Origin: Candidatus Kapaibacterium sp.
Lineage (GTDB): Bacteria > Bacteroidota > Ignavibacteria > Kapaibacteriales > UBA2268
Reading direction: 5' to 3'
DNA: 64,000 nucleotides
NCBI GenBank assembly: GCA_963665665.1
Contig: OY762428.1
Span: forward strand, 1,824,001-1,888,000
In this document: positions 49,897-59,712 of the stretch, in pieces
Position numbering within the stretch: the first letter of the stretch is position 1
Layout of the letters: each line of letters opens with the position of its first letter
The notes under the pieces: model-generated
Told to the model about the DNA's origin: nothing
The model's input: only the letters and a program-made list of their open reading frames with translations
The model's database searches: none
Made by a program: the position numbers and the translations under genes

Positions 49897-52485
49897 ATGA
49901 GTTTTCTGAAGAATATTTTCCGAAAAGAAGAAACCGAACCGGCAAGAACAATAGATTCTGCCGCACTTTGGAATATTCAGAAAAAATTCAGGAATTTCCA
50001 CGCGATACTGGACAACAACAGCGAATCCTTAAGGATAATGAGCGATATGGAGGAAAAGACCCACGGGGATTACCTTTTCGATATGAATTACATTGAAAAA
50101 TCACTTGTTGACCTTAGAAATTGCGTACAGGATATCCTTGAAAACCTAATGCTCCTGGGGGGCGAAGAGTATTATAGCCTTGTGGAAAAAACAAGAGAAA
50201 TAAACGAGGAAGTTGAACATCTTCTGAAGAATCAGTATCTTATTCCAAAATCTGATTTTACGATCAATTTTTTCGGGCTGACACATGACAAAATCGATAT
50301 GATAGGCTCGAAAAACGCTCAGCTCAGCGAGGTGAAAACAAAACTGGGCATACAGACTCCTGCGGGATTTGCAATTACTACATGGGCATACAAACATTTC
50401 CTGAATGAAAACAAAGTCGATGAGCTGATTATGAATAAGCTCCGCGACGTTGATATAAAAAATTATGAGGACCTTGTTAAAGTCAGCAGTGAGATAAGGC
50501 AGGCCATAAGCAAAACAAAAGTTCCTGATGATCTTGCAGAAGCTATCAAAAATTCATATAGCGAGTTAATTCAGAATACCGGCGATGAAATGGTTTCCAT
50601 GCGTTCAAGCGCGCTTGGGGAAGATTCGCAGCTGACATTTGCAGGGCAGTATGCTACTTACCTGAATGTAAAAGAAGAAGAGGTAATTGACAGATACCGC
50701 GATGTTATTGCAAGTAAATTTACTCCAAGGGCTATTTACTACCTACTGAGCCATTCCCTGCTTAAAAGCGAGCTGGCGATGAGCGTTGGATGTGTGGAAA
50801 TGATCGATGCCGGAAAAAGCGGCGTAATTTATACCCGCGACCCGGTTACCCCGGATGACGGAACCTTGCTGATACATTCGATTTACGGCCTTGGCAAGCA
50901 CCTTGTTGATGGCACGATTACACCGGACAGAATAAAAGTATCCCGTGATAATGGGAAATTGATTGATATTGCCATTTCAGACAAACCGGATATGCTCGTA
51001 ACAAGAGAAGACGGGGGTATTGAAAAAGTCAGGCTATCCAACAGGCTAAGGAAGACTCTTTCCCTGAGCAATGAAGAAATTGGAATACTTACTTACCTTG
51101 CACATAAAATTGAAGAACACTATGGCAAGCCCCTTGATATAGAATGGGCAATCGACAGAGAGGGCGAGCCCTTTATATTACAGATAAGGCCATTGCAGGT
51201 AATGAATTCACGTCCGGGAGATGCAGGCAGCTATGATTCCGGAAATCTGAAAAAACTTGCATCGGGCGGCATTACTGTTTGCCCCGGTGGTGGTATCGGC
51301 AGAATTTACCGCGTTACGAGTTCCAGCGATTTCGTGGATATGCCAGACAATGCGGTAATTGTTGCACCACATACATTCCCTAATATGATAGCTGTAATGA
51401 ATAAAACATCTGCAATTATTGCTGTTGAAGGCAGTTCGGCAAGCCACACAGCTACAATTGCCAGGGAATACCGAATCCCGACAATTGTTGGAATGCATGG
51501 TGTGGAAAATCTTAAAGACGGCGAAATTGTTACCGTTGACGCTACTAATAAAGCGATTTTCAAGGGAACACATTCAGATATTTTGCTCGCAGTGAAGCCT
51601 GATTTTGATTATTTCAAAGATGACCCGCTGTTTGATATTCTTAAGAAAGTTCTTACGAAAATATCCCCGTTGAACCTGATCAACCCGAATGATCCTTCTT
51701 TCAAACCATCGAATTGTATTACTTTTCATGATATACTCAGGTATGCCCATCAGAAAGCAATGAAGGAAATGTTCGAGAGCGCAGGCAAAGCCGACAGTGA
51801 ATCTATTGGTATAAAAATGAAAAGCAGTATACCGTTGGATGTATATATTATTTATATCGACCGCGATCCCGCAGAAATAGTTGCACAAAAACATGTTGAT
51901 GAAAACGAAATCGGTTCGGTTCCAATGGAAGCATTCTGGTTAGGTGTAAAAGAAATCGGCCTTCCAAAATGCCCTAAACCAGATAATCCCTACGCACACA
52001 TATCAATTTCCGCAACTAATAAAGTAACTCACACACATAAGGATTTTTCAAAAAACAGTTTTGCTATTCTTGGCAAGGAGTTTATGATCCTGAGCCTGAA
52101 AATGGGTTATCATTTTTCAACTGTGGAAGCCATGTGCAGCGATAAAATATCAAAAAATTACATCAAACTGCAATTTAAGGAAGGCGGGGCCTCTCTGGAC
52201 AGAAGAGCAAGAAGGATACGCCTTATAACAACCATTTTGGATGAAATGGGATTTAATAACAAGGGAATGGAAGATTTTCTCGATTCATCAATTATAAATA
52301 TTTCAAAGGAATCGGCAATCGAGAAGGTCAGGATGCTTGGGATGCTCTCAATATTAACCAAACAACTTGACATGACACTTGTTAATGATTCAATAACAAA
52401 CTGGTATATAAACGAGATAAGAATAAAAATGGGATTACCCCGCAAAGATATTAAAAAGTACAACTCTGAAAATGGAGCCAATTGA
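49897..52485 (+). CDS. PEP synthase/PPDK-like protein: ATP-grasp plus phospho-His swivel domain, atypical C-terminus
   Basis: IGSKNAQL, MRSSA..EDS...FAGQY, SGVIYTRDP, DIEWA and LQIRP; phosphocarrier SHTATIARE; no recognisable C-terminal PEP/pyruvate TIM-barrel motifs. Confidence 0.88.
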   Translation: MSFLKNIFRKEETEPARTIDSAALWNIQKKFRNFHAILDNNSESLRIMSDMEEKTHGDYLFDMNYIEKSLVDLRNCVQDILENLMLLGGEEYYSLVEKTREINEEVEHLLKNQYLIPKSDFTINFFGLTHDKIDMIGSKNAQLSEVKTKLGIQTPAGFAITTWAYKHFLNENKVDELIMNKLRDVDIKNYEDLVKVSSEIRQAISKTKVPDDLAEAIKNSYSELIQNTGDEMVSMRSSALGEDSQLTFAGQYATYLNVKEEEVIDRYRDVIASKFTPRAIYYLLSHSLLKSELAMSVGCVEMIDAGKSGVIYTRDPVTPDDGTLLIHSIYGLGKHLVDGTITPDRIKVSRDNGKLIDIAISDKPDMLVTREDGGIEKVRLSNRLRKTLSLSNEEIGILTYLAHKIEEHYGKPLDIEWAIDREGEPFILQIRPLQVMNSRPGDAGSYDSGNLKKLASGGITVCPGGGIGRIYRVTSSSDFVDMPDNAVIVAPHTFPNMIAVMNKTSAIIAVEGSSASHTATIAREYRIPTIVGMHGVENLKDGEIVTVDATNKAIFKGTHSDILLAVKPDFDYFKDDPLFDILKKVLTKISPLNLINPNDPSFKPSNCITFHDILRYAHQKAMKEMFESAGKADSESIGIKMKSSIPLDVYIIYIDRDPAEIVAQKHVDENEIGSVPMEAFWLGVKEIGLPKCPKPDNPYAHISISATNKVTHTHKDFSKNSFAILGKEFMILSLKMGYHFSTVEAMCSDKISKNYIKLQFKEGGASLDRRARRIRLITTILDEMGFNNKGMEDFLDSSIINISKESAIEKVRMLGMLSILTKQLDMTLVNDSITNWYINEIRIKMGLPRKDIKKYNSENGAN

Positions 52486-53030
52486 TGAAACAAAGTATTT
52501 TAGTAGTTGATGACGATACACACATGCTAAGGCTGGTTGAAAAGATCGTTCACGAGAAAACGCTCCACAGGGTTGCTACAACTAACAATTCTCTGGAAGT
52601 GCCGAATATGCTGAAAGATAAAACCTATGATGTGATTCTGACTGACCTGAGAATGCCTGGTATGGACGGAATGGATATCCTGAAATGGACTGTTGAAAAC
52701 AAGCGATTTGAGCAAGTGATTATGATGACGGCATTTGGAACCCTGGAAACAGCTGTTGAAGCAATGACTCACGGAATTTTTGATTATATTATTAAGCCTT
52801 TCAAGAAAGAAGAAATAATTTTCAGCCTTGAAAGGGCAATGATGTTCCAGAAAACAAAAAGAAAATATATGCATTTAAGTAAAATTTGTAACAACAAAAG
52901 TTATAAAGAAGCATTGAATTCATTCCACATGGAATATATATCCAGGTTAATTGAAAAATATCCCAATACCGAAGATGCTATTAATGAATCCGGTATAGAC
53001 CCGGAATTATTGAAAAAATATATTGATTAA
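52485..53030 (+). CDS. Response regulator (REC plus short helical, Fis-like tail; no AAA+ domain)
   Basis: ILVVDDD, TDLRMPGMDG, MTAFG and IIKPF; TGATG overlap with the upstream stop. Confidence 0.92.
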   Translation: MKQSILVVDDDTHMLRLVEKIVHEKTLHRVATTNNSLEVPNMLKDKTYDVILTDLRMPGMDGMDILKWTVENKRFEQVIMMTAFGTLETAVEAMTHGIFDYIIKPFKKEEIIFSLERAMMFQKTKRKYMHLSKICNNKSYKEALNSFHMEYISRLIEKYPNTEDAINESGIDPELLKKYID

Positions 53031-53102
53031 GGTTTGTTTTAATTAGTAGGTCCGGAGCAAAAAGATAAAAATTCAGACACATTTTTTATAAGGAGTTTTA
53101 TC

Positions 53103-53639
53103 ATGAAAACAGCAAACGCGGAAGGCCTGATGATACCTTTAGATAGTTATCCTCATATTCCATATTGGTTTACTATCAGAGAATGCATCGCCTTGCTGCA
53201 CCACTCGGAATTAGAAATTAACGGAAAAAAATCCCTTGCAAGGGCTGTTCTCGTGTTCGACGAAGAATATAAGCTGCTTGGAATGGTCAGGAGGCGCGAT
53301 ATTCTAAGAGGCCTTGAGTCCGTTGATTTCCTTAATAAAGAACATAATTCAGAGAAAATGCTCTTTGAAATTGATCCGGATCCAAACTTACTGGAAGTTT
53401 CAGCCGAGCCTCTGATAAGGAAAATCAAAGAAAAAGCAGAAACAACAGTTGGTGAAATCATGGTGCCCGTTAAAGCGACAGTAAACCATGACGACCATTT
53501 AATTAAAATTATCTATGAGATCAGCGAGTATCAGCACGGCATGATTGCCGTTATGGAAGAAGATGTTGTTGTTGGTGTGATTAGAACTGTAGAGATCATG
53601 GATGAAATAAGAAAGATTTTGGGAATTGATCATTCTTAA
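53103..53639 (+). CDS. CBS domain-containing protein
   Basis: LVFDEEYKLLGMVRRRDIL and VGEIM.P...V/VVGVIRTVEI CBS pair; AGGAG RBS. Confidence 0.85.
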   Translation: MKTANAEGLMIPLDSYPHIPYWFTIRECIALLHHSELEINGKKSLARAVLVFDEEYKLLGMVRRRDILRGLESVDFLNKEHNSEKMLFEIDPDPNLLEVSAEPLIRKIKEKAETTVGEIMVPVKATVNHDDHLIKIIYEISEYQHGMIAVMEEDVVVGVIRTVEIMDEIRKILGIDHS

Positions 53640-53651
53640 AAGGAAAATTTT

Positions 53652-55178
53652 ATGGCCGCAAATAAATATAAAAATGACCGCCATGGCTCTCTTCCACCTA
53701 TGCCGGACAGAATCAAACTTGCTAAAGAAGACAAGAAGCCGATTGACTGGAAGAGAATATTTTTCATATTTCTCGGACTCGCCCTGTTCTTTGGCGTGCA
53801 CCTTTCTCCGGAATGGACCCCGGCTATTGATCCAAACGGACAGGAATTCGTACTAACAAGGGAAGCAAAAGCTGCAATAGGAGTATTCCTTCTTGCGGCA
53901 ACCTGGTGGGTTTTTGAAGTAGTTCCGATAGGGGTAACAAGTATTGCTATTGCAATATTTCAGGTACTATTCCTTATCCGGGAACCTAAAGTTGCATTCA
54001 AGGATTTCATGGATCCCAGCGTTTGGTTTATTTTCGCATCTATTGTAGTGGGCCTGGCATTTGCCCGAACGGGGCTAACCAAAAGGCTTGCTTACAAAAT
54101 GCTTGCGCTGGTAGGCGAGAAAACCAGCATGATATATCTCGGATCATTTGTAATGGTAGCTGCATTAACACTTATTATGGCCCATACAGCTGTTGCTGCT
54201 GCCATGTTTCCGTTGCTTATGACGATATACAGCCTGTACGACCCTGAAGGCAAACAAACAAAATTTGGCAAAGGATTATTTATTGGTATGGCTTTCGTGG
54301 CCGGAGCAGGATCAATTATTACATTGTTGGGAGCTGCACGCGGAGCTGTAGCTATTGGATATTTTCAGGAAATTATTGGCAGGGATATTACATTTTTTGA
54401 ACTGTCTTATTATATGCTGCCTGTTGGCGTTGTAATGGTTGTATTATTATGGCTTTCATTTATGGTTATATATAAACCCGAAAAAGCCACAATACCCGGG
54501 TTAAGAGAAAAAGTAAAAATGCTCAGCTCTAATCTCGGACCAATGACGAGGAATGAAATTACAACTGTTGTGCTTGTGTTTTCAGCTATACTTCTGCTTA
54601 GTATGCGTTCGTTCGTTCCTGAATTCGATTTCCTGCACAAAAGCGCAGTACTGCTTGTAACCACAGTCTGCTTCTTCATTTTTAAAATCCTTACTGTTAA
54701 AGATCTTGAAGATGTCCCCTGGAACATTATTCTGCTTTTTGGCGGAGCAATGTGTATTGGTTTCTGCCTTTGGGAAACCGGCGCAGCTTCATGGATAGCC
54801 GTTAACTGGTTGTCATTATTCCAGAATGCACCGGGAACTGTTTTCATTATCGGAACGGCATTTTTTGTAATGATAATGACCAACCTTATCATGAATGTTG
54901 CCGCCATTGCCATTACGATGCCTGTTGCTCTGGTAACATGCCAGTATCTTGGAGTAGCTCCGGAAGTTGTAATATTCTCGGCACTTGTAACGGCAGGCAT
55001 GCCCTTCCTTTTCCTTATCGGCGCTGCCCCGAATGCAATTGCCTATGAAAGTAAGCAGTTTAGTTCAGGTGAATTTTTCAAAGTTGGTATTCCAATGAGT
55101 ATTCTTCTTATGGTTGTTCTATCGGTCTTTGTTTATTTTATCTGGCCGGTAATGGGAATGCCGATATTTATCGATTAA
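53652..55178 (+). CDS. SLC13/DASS family divalent anion:Na+ symporter
   Basis: WWVFEVVPIGVTS, GL.KRLA, WNIILLFGG..C.G..L.ETGAA.W and APNAIAY. Confidence 0.9.
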   Translation: MAANKYKNDRHGSLPPMPDRIKLAKEDKKPIDWKRIFFIFLGLALFFGVHLSPEWTPAIDPNGQEFVLTREAKAAIGVFLLAATWWVFEVVPIGVTSIAIAIFQVLFLIREPKVAFKDFMDPSVWFIFASIVVGLAFARTGLTKRLAYKMLALVGEKTSMIYLGSFVMVAALTLIMAHTAVAAAMFPLLMTIYSLYDPEGKQTKFGKGLFIGMAFVAGAGSIITLLGAARGAVAIGYFQEIIGRDITFFELSYYMLPVGVVMVVLLWLSFMVIYKPEKATIPGLREKVKMLSSNLGPMTRNEITTVVLVFSAILLLSMRSFVPEFDFLHKSAVLLVTTVCFFIFKILTVKDLEDVPWNIILLFGGAMCIGFCLWETGAASWIAVNWLSLFQNAPGTVFIIGTAFFVMIMTNLIMNVAAIAITMPVALVTCQYLGVAPEVVIFSALVTAGMPFLFLIGAAPNAIAYESKQFSSGEFFKVGIPMSILLMVVLSVFVYFIWPVMGMPIFID

Positions 55179-55203
55179 TTTTTACTGTTCAATTGAATAT
55201 AAC

Positions 55204-55242
55204 AATCAGTCCTCTTCGTTGAAGGAGACTGATTATTTTTTT
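55204..55242 (+). terminator. Rho-independent terminator of the PPDK-like operon
   Basis: AATCAGTC...GACTGATT followed by a T-tract. Confidence 0.65.
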
Positions 55243-55475
55243 ACATTCCAGCGTTAAGTTTTTACCACGTATTTTCCTTTCGTCAACAAGCATCGGCATC
55301 GAAAAGTATGTTCCCATGAAAGTAATAATATGCATTCCACAATTGTCCATATTCGGGCTAAGAATTGAATTTCCAGAATATTCTTTATGCTTCATAGCTA
55401 CAATAAAAATCCGCTATTTTTTCGTATTTTGCATGTTATTAGGTTAATTATGTAATATTTAATATCGGAAAAGAA

Positions 55476-56615
55476 ATGAAAAAAGTATTCCTGTTTCTAA
55501 CTACAATATTTATTATTGCTTCCTGCGCCTCGCCTGTTGATGACAGCCCGATAGATTCAGAAATGGATAAAATGATCGGCCAGATGCTGATGATTGGCTT
55601 TCGGGGTTATAGCGTTGATAGTGATTCCCCGGTTGTTGAGGATATTAAAGCCGGAAGGATTGGCGGGGTTGTCCTTTATGATTACGATGTTGAGCTGAAG
55701 AAAGCAGAAAGAAATATCCAATCTCCCGAACAGGTAAAAGCTCTGATATCATCATTGAAAAGCTATACCGATGATATACCCCTGTTTGTATCTGTGGATC
55801 AGGAAGGCGGCAGGGTATGCAGATTGAAAGAAAAATACGGATTTCCGGCTACTGTTTCACAGCAGTATCTTGGCGATATGAATAATCCGGATACAACAGC
55901 ATATTATGGTGAACGAACAGCTACAACACTGTCGCAAAACGGATTCAACCTGAATTTTGCCCCTGTTGTAGACCTGAATATTAATCCCGAAAGCCCGGCA
56001 ATAGGAAATATTGAGCGCAGCTTTTCGGCAGACCCTGAAGTGGTCGTAGATAATGCCTCAATAATTATCAACAAGCTGAATGACAGAGACATTTTTGCTA
56101 CTCTGAAACATTTCCCCGGGCATGGAAGTGCAGGCTCTGATTCCCATCTTGGCTTTACCGACGTTACCAACACATGGCAGGAAGCAGAACTTGAACCCTA
56201 CCGCCAACTGATAAATATGGATAAAGCAGATATGATAATGACAGCTCATATATTCAATTCAAATCTCGATCCGGATTATCCGGCTACTCTATCAAAAAAT
56301 ATCATCGGCGGAATGCTAAGAGACCAGCTTGCCTTTGACGGCGTGGTGATAACCGACGACATGAACATGGGAGCAATCAGGGATTATTACGGCCTTGAGG
56401 AAGCCATATACCTGACAATTGACGCCGGAGCAGATATTATTCTTTTTGCAAATAACCTTGTGTATGATCCTGAAATTGCGCAAAAGGCCGGTGATATTAT
56501 CAGGAAACTGATAAGGGAGGGCAAGATCAGCGAGGATAGAATCCGCCAGTCGTATAACAGGATAATGAAATTGAAATATGAACAAATGATGTCCTTTTCA
56601 CGGGTTTCTTTTTAA
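55476..56615 (+). CDS. GH3 beta-N-acetylhexosaminidase (NagZ-like) lipoprotein
   Basis: Lipobox IASC; VDQEGGRV, KHFPGHG....DSH and ITDDM.MGA. Confidence 0.92.
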   Translation: MKKVFLFLTTIFIIASCASPVDDSPIDSEMDKMIGQMLMIGFRGYSVDSDSPVVEDIKAGRIGGVVLYDYDVELKKAERNIQSPEQVKALISSLKSYTDDIPLFVSVDQEGGRVCRLKEKYGFPATVSQQYLGDMNNPDTTAYYGERTATTLSQNGFNLNFAPVVDLNINPESPAIGNIERSFSADPEVVVDNASIIINKLNDRDIFATLKHFPGHGSAGSDSHLGFTDVTNTWQEAELEPYRQLINMDKADMIMTAHIFNSNLDPDYPATLSKNIIGGMLRDQLAFDGVVITDDMNMGAIRDYYGLEEAIYLTIDAGADIILFANNLVYDPEIAQKAGDIIRKLIREGKISEDRIRQSYNRIMKLKYEQMMSFSRVSF

Positions 56616-56805
56616 ATGAATAGTTTCAAAAGCTTACATTGATTGACTAATAGGGAAAATTCAGAAACATGGAAAAAAACATAATTCGAACCTAATTTCA
56701 GGCAAATCCGAATTTAGCGGATAAATTAAAATTATTTCCTTAGTCATTCGATTATTAGTAAATTGAAATAATTAGGTTTGTAAAACTTTATAATTTGGAT
56801 AACAA

Positions 56806-58203
56806 ATGATTAAATTCGGTACTGACGGATGGAGAGCATTGATAGCCCGAGACTTTACTTTCGAGAATGTCAGGAAAGCAGCGCTTGCCACGGCAAAATA
56901 TATTAAAGAACTTAACCCCGACAACCCTACAGCCGTTCTTGGTTACGACACGAGATTCCTGTCAGGAGATTTTGCCGCTGAATCAGCCTTAGTTCTTGCT
57001 TCGCAGGGAATCAAAGCATTCCTGGCAGATAATATTTCCTCAACTCCGCAAGTTTCTTTCTGTACAAAATTCAAAAATGCCGACCTTGGCGTGGTAATTA
57101 CCGCCAGCCACAACCCTCCACAGTATAACGGGTTTAAGATTAAAGCAGGTTTTGGCGGCCCCGGAACACCGGAGCAAATTGCCAAAGTTGAATCATACCT
57201 GAAAGAAATTGAAAACAAAATGCCGGAACTGAAACTTAAAACTCTTGACGAGTATATTTCGGACGGTATTATTGAAATGTTTGACGCAAAGAAACCTTAC
57301 CTGGAACATATCAGGAAAAAAATCAACCTGGATATGATCAACAAAGCAGGTTTCAAAATATTGTACGATCCAATGTTCGGCGCCGGTATCGATACTTTGA
57401 AAGAACTTATACCCGACGCAGTGGAAATTCATGATCATCATAATCCAGCCTTCCCGGAAATTGGACATCCCGAACCAATTGGAAGCCACCTGGAACAGGC
57501 TATGGAAAAAATCAGGAAAGAAGGCTTTACGGTCGGGCTGGCAACAGACGGCGATGCAGACAGGCTTGGCGCTATTGACGAGGACGGAAATTTTGTAGAC
57601 TCCCACAAGGTATTCATGATACTTATGAAATATCTTTATGAGAAAAAAGGCGAACGCGGATCCGTGGTAAAAACAGTATCCCTTACTTCAATGGTTGCAA
57701 GATATTGCGAAAAGAATGATATAAAACTGCATGAAACCCCGGTGGGATTCAAGTATACAGCCGACCTTATGACACAGGAAAACGTGCTGATCGGCGGCGA
57801 AGAGTCCGGCGGCCTTGGTACCAGCGTACATATTCCCGAACGCGACGGTATATTCAATGGTTTGCTGCTGCTCGAAGCAATGGCTTCCGAAGGAAAATCG
57901 CTTAAGGAAATGTGCAATGACCTTGATAAAGAATTCGGTCCCCACCGCTACGACAGGCGCGACATAAGAGTAACGCCCGAGAAAAAAGAACAGGTGCTTG
58001 CCGCGGCTGCAAAACAACCGCAGGAAATCGGCGGGTTCAAAGTAAAAGAATATAACGGCAGGGACGGCCACAAATTTATCTTCGATAACGCCTGGCTGCT
58101 TATACGCGCTTCAGGCACCGAACCTCTGCTCCGCTTCTATGCCGAAGCTCCCACGATGGACGAAGTGAACAAGCTTCTCGACGCAGCCCTCCAAATGGGT
58201 TAA
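56806..58203 (+). CDS. Phosphoglucomutase/phosphomannomutase family protein
   Basis: FGTDGWR, TASHNP, DGDADR, GGEESGG and RASGTEP. Confidence 0.95.
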   Translation: MIKFGTDGWRALIARDFTFENVRKAALATAKYIKELNPDNPTAVLGYDTRFLSGDFAAESALVLASQGIKAFLADNISSTPQVSFCTKFKNADLGVVITASHNPPQYNGFKIKAGFGGPGTPEQIAKVESYLKEIENKMPELKLKTLDEYISDGIIEMFDAKKPYLEHIRKKINLDMINKAGFKILYDPMFGAGIDTLKELIPDAVEIHDHHNPAFPEIGHPEPIGSHLEQAMEKIRKEGFTVGLATDGDADRLGAIDEDGNFVDSHKVFMILMKYLYEKKGERGSVVKTVSLTSMVARYCEKNDIKLHETPVGFKYTADLMTQENVLIGGEESGGLGTSVHIPERDGIFNGLLLLEAMASEGKSLKEMCNDLDKEFGPHRYDRRDIRVTPEKKEQVLAAAAKQPQEIGGFKVKEYNGRDGHKFIFDNAWLLIRASGTEPLLRFYAEAPTMDEVNKLLDAALQMG

Positions 58204-58228
58204 AATTATCAAAAATAATATATTATTC

Positions 58229-58262
58229 TATTCATCCGGTGGCAAAAACCACCGGATGAATA
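58229..58262. terminator. Bidirectional terminator
   Basis: TATTCATCCGGTGG-CAAAAA-CCACCGGATGAATA perfect hairpin between convergent genes. Confidence 0.8.
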
Positions 58263-58270
58263 TCTGATTT

Positions 58271-59491
58271 TTACTTCACATAGGAAAGCAGACGCTGCTC
58301 ACCTCCAAGCTGCCTGATCCTTGTTGCATCCTGAACTACTTCCAGTGTTCCGAGATAGCTGCCTTCTTCATCCCGAACAGCATAGTATGTGATGTAAACA
58401 AATTTGCCATCGAAATTGATCCAGAATTCAGCCATAGTTTCCTTGCCGGATTTGAAATCCTTGAGGATTCTTTCCACCATGCGAACACTTTTTGGCGGGT
58501 GACACAACCTGACATCGCGGTTCAATACAGCCCGGTTTCGCTGAAATATCCTTTCGCGGCCATGCGAAAAGTATTTCACTTTATCTTCAGAATCAACAAA
58601 GGATACTTCAACAGGCAGCATTTTGAAAATGCCTATAAGTTCCTCAACACTCAGGCGTCCGGTAGGCAGATTTATAGTATCCCCCTTGAAATAACTGGGT
58701 TCAGCCTGCTGTATGTTTTCCGGCTTCCACTCATGTATCGGATCTATCAGCGTAAAACCTATCTCATCAGTCTGATTATAAATATCAAACCATTCCTGCG
58801 TACTCAGTTTGTCCATGGCCAGCGGAAAAAGAACATTTTCTTCTTTCCCGCACATTTCGCGCAGTTCCTTTACCAGCGGGCTTAAAATTTCATTATTAAT
58901 TTTTATCAGCTTATCTTTATCCAGGTTCGCTTCGAAATATATAAGTTCAAGGCCATCCTTCACTAATTTCCGGACTTCGTCATGTTTTGCCCACATCACC
59001 TTGGGTGGACCGGTAATTCCCTTTTTCTCTAAGTAAGGGAACAGCAGGTTTTCTTTCCTCTGGTAATGTTTTTCAATATCCGCCAGGTTATTCACACCGT
59101 TCCTTAACTTAACAATCATACCTTTCAGGTCGGAATTCGGAGATAATTTTTCTGTCTCAACAAATAATTCCTCCATCTCGTCGCAAACTTCCAGCAACTC
59201 AATATTTTCGTTAATAAAGGTATCCACTGGATGCCCTAACGGAATATCCTTCATTTTGCTTTTATCCACGGCATCCTCGATAACATAATGATGTATATCA
59301 CACAGCCTTTGCACTTCCTTCACAGGCAGGCCGCCGGCAATCAGTTCCTGTTCCACCTCCACGATCTCCGACGAGGGGATATTCAGCATCATCTCGCCAA
59401 TTTTTATCTTTATCTGCCCAGCATCCTCTCCGGCATGAAGTTTAAGAATCAGCTCTTTAAGCTTAGATTTTCGAGTTGTTTTTTCAGACAT
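58271..59491 (-). CDS. DUF438/hemerythrin/PAS domain protein
   Basis: LCDIH, GHPV.TF..EN, HY.RKENLLFP, VMW..HD and KEE.VLFP; C-terminal PAS (V..CHPPKS; YLGTLEV.QD). Confidence 0.88.
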   Translation of the reverse strand: MSEKTTRKSKLKELILKLHAGEDAGQIKIKIGEMMLNIPSSEIVEVEQELIAGGLPVKEVQRLCDIHHYVIEDAVDKSKMKDIPLGHPVDTFINENIELLEVCDEMEELFVETEKLSPNSDLKGMIVKLRNGVNNLADIEKHYQRKENLLFPYLEKKGITGPPKVMWAKHDEVRKLVKDGLELIYFEANLDKDKLIKINNEILSPLVKELREMCGKEENVLFPLAMDKLSTQEWFDIYNQTDEIGFTLIDPIHEWKPENIQQAEPSYFKGDTINLPTGRLSVEELIGIFKMLPVEVSFVDSEDKVKYFSHGRERIFQRNRAVLNRDVRLCHPPKSVRMVERILKDFKSGKETMAEFWINFDGKFVYITYYAVRDEEGSYLGTLEVVQDATRIRQLGGEQRLLSYVK

Positions 59492-59678
59492 ATAAGCCCC
59501 CTGTATTTAATATTGATAAGTTATTAATATTCTCATTTTAAACGAATAAAGGCGAATATTATTCATTTATTATTGAATAAAATAATTACGACAAATTTGA
59601 TGGAAAATTATGATTATAAAATTTTAAATGTTTTTCTTTTCAAATCTTAAAAATAATTCATATCTTAGAGAAGAAAAA

Positions 59679-59695
59679 TTGGCACGAAAATTTCT
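59679..59695 (+). promoter_or_regulatory. Near-consensus sigma-54 binding site upstream of DUF3109-rpoN
   Basis: TTGGCACGAAAATTTCT: perfect -24 TGGCACG, but -12 reads TTTC instead of TTGC. Confidence 0.45.
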
Positions 59696-59712
59696 TGCAG
59701 GACGGGATTTTT

